Source: Escherichia phage Schulenburg. From it: a DNA stretch of 44,748 bases. Shown here piece after piece: positions 42,541 to 44,748 of this stretch. The first letter of the stretch is position 1; each line of letters starts with the position of its first letter. Location: the sequence record MK931438.1. The stretch is one strand, 5' to 3'. The position numbers and the translations under genes are program-made. The notes beneath the pieces were generated by a model. It made no database searches and was not told the DNA's origin. It was given only the letters and a program-made list of their open reading frames with translations.

Positions 42541-42741
42541 ATGAAGCGTTACCAGAAGAAAACGGTAGAGCAGTTTATGGGGTACCTTAACGAGATGGGT
42601 CTTTCTGTTTACGGGCCGAGTATGACGCCAGAAGGAGAAGAAACAGGTGCGCTAATGGATTATGACGCGGATACGATAGTGGCCCGCTATAAATATATAA
42701 CTAAAGGCACTTTATGTAAGTTTGGGGGTTTCCGTAAATGA
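42541..42741 (+). CDS. hypothetical protein (66 aa)
   Basis: GGAG SD; first gene after promoter. Confidence 0.5.
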   Translation: MKRYQKKTVEQFMGYLNEMGLSVYGPSMTPEGEETGALMDYDADTIVARYKYITKGTLCKFGGFRK

Positions 42742-42887
42742 AAATCAAAGATATCGAAGCATTCAAAGACGCACAACTGATGGCGCGTATCGCCGTTAGT
42801 AACCTGAGCAACAATATCCCAGCGGACGCGTTCTGGTTCGCTGCGATGCAGACACTGAAATCAGCTTATGCAGGAGAGAAGAAATGA
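42738..42887 (+). CDS. hypothetical protein (49 aa)
   Basis: Not in ORF track; ATGA overlap chain. Confidence 0.4.
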   Translation: MKIKDIEAFKDAQLMARIAVSNLSNNIPADAFWFAAMQTLKSAYAGEKK

Positions 42888-43042
42888 GCGAACAAGGTCT
42901 AGTAAGCCAACCGTTACGTGTAGGCCGTAAAGTCAGTCATACCCCGTTCCCGACACGCGAGGAACTGATGAAACGTAACAGTTTCCCTGGGCCGGACAAG
43001 AACAAGTATCTTAATCGCATGTGGGGAGAGCGTAAAGAATGA
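42884..43042 (+). CDS. hypothetical protein (52 aa)
   Basis: Not in ORF track; ATGA overlap chain. Confidence 0.4.
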   Translation: MSEQGLVSQPLRVGRKVSHTPFPTREELMKRNSFPGPDKNKYLNRMWGERKE

Positions 43043-43212
43043 CTAACAACGAATACGAAAAAGCATGCGTAGAATCGGCGACCGGTGAATCTGAAATAGC
43101 GTGGATTGACGCCCACATCGAGCACCACTTACGGCAGGTAGATAATCTTATGGCACGCCGCCGTGAGCTGATTAATCGCTTCAACCTGAACAAAGGTGAC
43201 ACCAATGCCTAA
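43039..43212 (+). CDS. hypothetical protein (57 aa)
   Basis: Not in ORF track; ATGA overlap chain. Confidence 0.4.
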   Translation: MTNNEYEKACVESATGESEIAWIDAHIEHHLRQVDNLMARRRELINRFNLNKGDTNA

Positions 43213-43444
43213 AATCACAATCGCATCACTCGAGCGCCGCATTCTGGTGCTTGAGTCGGAGAAACGGACGCTAGGCGGTCAACTGTCAATTAATGGTGAG
43301 TTTCAGCTGGAGGCGTTTAAGTTGTTGCTTGATAAGTTGAAAGAGGGTGAAAAATCTTGCGAGCACGATTACTGCATACGTGTTGTTGGCGAGGCACGAC
43401 TTATCGCATGCCTGAAATGTGGTAAAGCGTATGGATTCGCCTAA
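43205..43444 (+). CDS. hypothetical protein with C-terminal C-x-C pairs
   Basis: 79 aa from ATG 43205; CEHDYC...CLKCG. Confidence 0.45.
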   Translation: MPKITIASLERRILVLESEKRTLGGQLSINGEFQLEAFKLLLDKLKEGEKSCEHDYCIRVVGEARLIACLKCGKAYGFA

Positions 43445-43613
43445 ACCGGTAGTTATTGATGGCGTCCTGTGGAAACCCTACTCGGTTAACCACATCGACG
43501 CCGACGGGAAGAAGTTCAGCTTCTACATTTTTGCGATTAGCCGCGAGCACGCCGCTTGTGTGGTCGACGATATACGAGAAACGGCGTGGCTAGGCGATGA
43601 GATAGTTGGGTAG
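43431..43613 (+). CDS. hypothetical protein (60 aa)
   Basis: ATG 43431 overlapping upstream gene. Confidence 0.4.
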   Translation: MDSPKPVVIDGVLWKPYSVNHIDADGKKFSFYIFAISREHAACVVDDIRETAWLGDEIVG

Positions 43614-43759
43614 TTATGTTCAGTGACATTAACGCAGCAATCGAAGAAGCAATCTGGCGTCGTTACAACGGCGAGCAACAACGGCACTTCTGCCTGGTGC
43701 AACGGGGGTAACATGATTGCCGTAGTGCAGGACCGCGATAACAAATACCCAAATGCGAT

Positions 43760-43978
43760 GTGGACAACGAGGAATTTCTTAGGATGAAACAGTTCTTTAT
43801 CAGCTACAACTGGTCAAACGGTCGGAGTTCAGGCTTCGGAAACTGCACCGCGTCGCCGAAAAACGGGGAAAAGTTCACATTGTCAGAGCTTAGAATAATT
43901 GAAGATGAAGCGAAAGAGCATGTGCCGCACGGCGCAAAAGCCATAATCATGTGCATAACGGAGATTGCCCCAGAATGA
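43760..43978 (+). CDS. hypothetical protein (start GTG 43760 or ATG 43784)
   Basis: ORF with ambiguous start. Confidence 0.4.
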   Translation: MDNEEFLRMKQFFISYNWSNGRSSGFGNCTASPKNGEKFTLSELRIIEDEAKEHVPHGAKAIIMCITEIAPE

Positions 43979-44211
43979 TTACCAGCATTCCGAACCTGAT
44001 TAAAGAATACGGCACGATGGCGGAGACATGCCGACAAACCGGCATCAATGAAATGACAATTCGCAAGTACAGCAAAGACGTGGATTGCGAGCGACATGTA
44101 ATTTATAACAACCGTCTGATGACGCACGTTAAAACAAGCCCGGTGTTATTCACGCGCCGCGGTATCACGAAGACTGAGCAACGCATTGCACGAGAGGAGA
44201 GTGAAGAATGA
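43975..44211 (+). CDS. small HTH-like DNA-binding protein (putative)
   Basis: 78 aa; segment AETCRQTGINEMTIRKY is HTH-like; ATGA overlap. Confidence 0.4.
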   Translation: MITSIPNLIKEYGTMAETCRQTGINEMTIRKYSKDVDCERHVIYNNRLMTHVKTSPVLFTRRGITKTEQRIAREESEE

Positions 44212-44426
44212 GCCGAAATATAGAGTACAAAGGTTCACATTTTTGCGTGTGGGATAACATAAACTATGTTGCCACTGATGAAGATGGTGGCGTGTACGGT
44301 TTCGAGCATGAACCCGTTATTGAAGGACTTGAATGGGTCTGGACAAGCGATAACGGTGAGGTGCAGTGCTTGGGGTGTATTGAGAATCAGGACGTAGACT
44401 GGAAGGAGTCATTGGTGCGGATATGA
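44208..44426 (+). CDS. hypothetical protein (72 aa)
   Basis: ATGA overlap coupling. Confidence 0.45.
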   Translation: MSRNIEYKGSHFCVWDNINYVATDEDGGVYGFEHEPVIEGLEWVWTSDNGEVQCLGCIENQDVDWKESLVRI

Positions 44427-44538
44427 AACTACTAATCATCCCGAACGCCTGGGTAATCGCTGTAGCTAACGACCACTACGGCGGCGATGGTAAACGAGCA
44501 CAGCGTCACGGACTATACAACTGATTGGAGAGTAAGAG

Positions 44539-44676
44539 ATGAGTATTCTGAATAAAATAGGCAACTGGATTGTGGCTAAACCGTACCGATATTGGGTAGT
44601 GCAATGGTTGCTGAACTGCGTTACGTTCTTCGCTGCGTGTATTACAGTGGCCTTCATATTTAAGGCCATATCCTGA
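44539..44676 (+). CDS. small membrane protein (45 aa, putative)
   Basis: Not in ORF track; GGAGAG SD then ATG; hydrophobic core; followed by terminator. Confidence 0.3.
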   Translation: MSILNKIGNWIVAKPYRYWVVQWLLNCVTFFAACITVAFIFKAIS

Positions 44677-44682
44677 CCATCA

Positions 44683-44707
44683 AGCCCTCTACGGAGGGCT
44701 TTTCTGT
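44683..44707 (+). terminator. intrinsic terminator-like hairpin
   Basis: agccctc-tacg-gagggct followed by TTTCTGT. Confidence 0.45.
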
Positions 44708-44748
44708 ACATCCCGCCCAATCCCCTTATATAATCCCTTTAGACGCGT

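Noticed and set aside
1-44748. Integrase, attachment site or lysogeny module; cos or terminal repeats
   Set aside because: No tyrosine/serine recombinase-like ORF and no repeats between the window ends were recognised. The HTH regulators alone do not establish a temperate lifestyle, and termini cannot be inferred from sequence alone.

Overview
The window reads as a near-complete genome (~44.7 kb) of a tailed dsDNA phage with siphovirus-like, Jersey-like modular organisation; all calls are from motifs, synteny and signals read by eye, with no database search. (1) Rightward structural/late module 13-25753: small and large terminase, portal, MuF-like head morphogenesis protein, scaffold, major capsid, connector/neck proteins, major tail protein, tail chaperones, 778-aa tape measure, distal tail/tip proteins and a 790-aa tailspike with an SGNH (GDSL) esterase domain. 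(2) Leftward replication module 25918-37770: HNH-AP2 endonuclease, SNF2/DEAD-like helicase, VRR-NUC nuclease, family A DNA polymerase with 3'-5' exonuclease, DUF2815-like SSB, DUF2800/Cas4-like nuclease, P-loop primase/helicase, AlpA-like regulator. (3) Rightward early small-gene cluster 38239-41052. (4) Lysis cassette 41128-42191 (two holin-like proteins plus GH24 endolysin), with the spanin pair Rz/Rz1 displaced to 6533-7028 in the head module. (5) Small-gene cluster 42541-44676 upstream of the terminase. Opposite-strand moron units interrupt the structural module (5636-6157; 13304-15248 with an HTH-metallophosphoesterase and an Imm-like superinfection-immunity protein). No integrase, tRNA, rRNA or CRISPR array was seen. 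Non-coding signals of note: two paralogous promoter-proximal RNA elements (about 6280-6515 and 37877-38105), two families of palindromic operator-promoters built on AATAG-N4-CTATT, an SD-sequestering hairpin before the holin, and many intrinsic terminators. CDS coordinates are anchored to the supplied ORF track; regulatory coordinates are approximate (about +/-2 nt).
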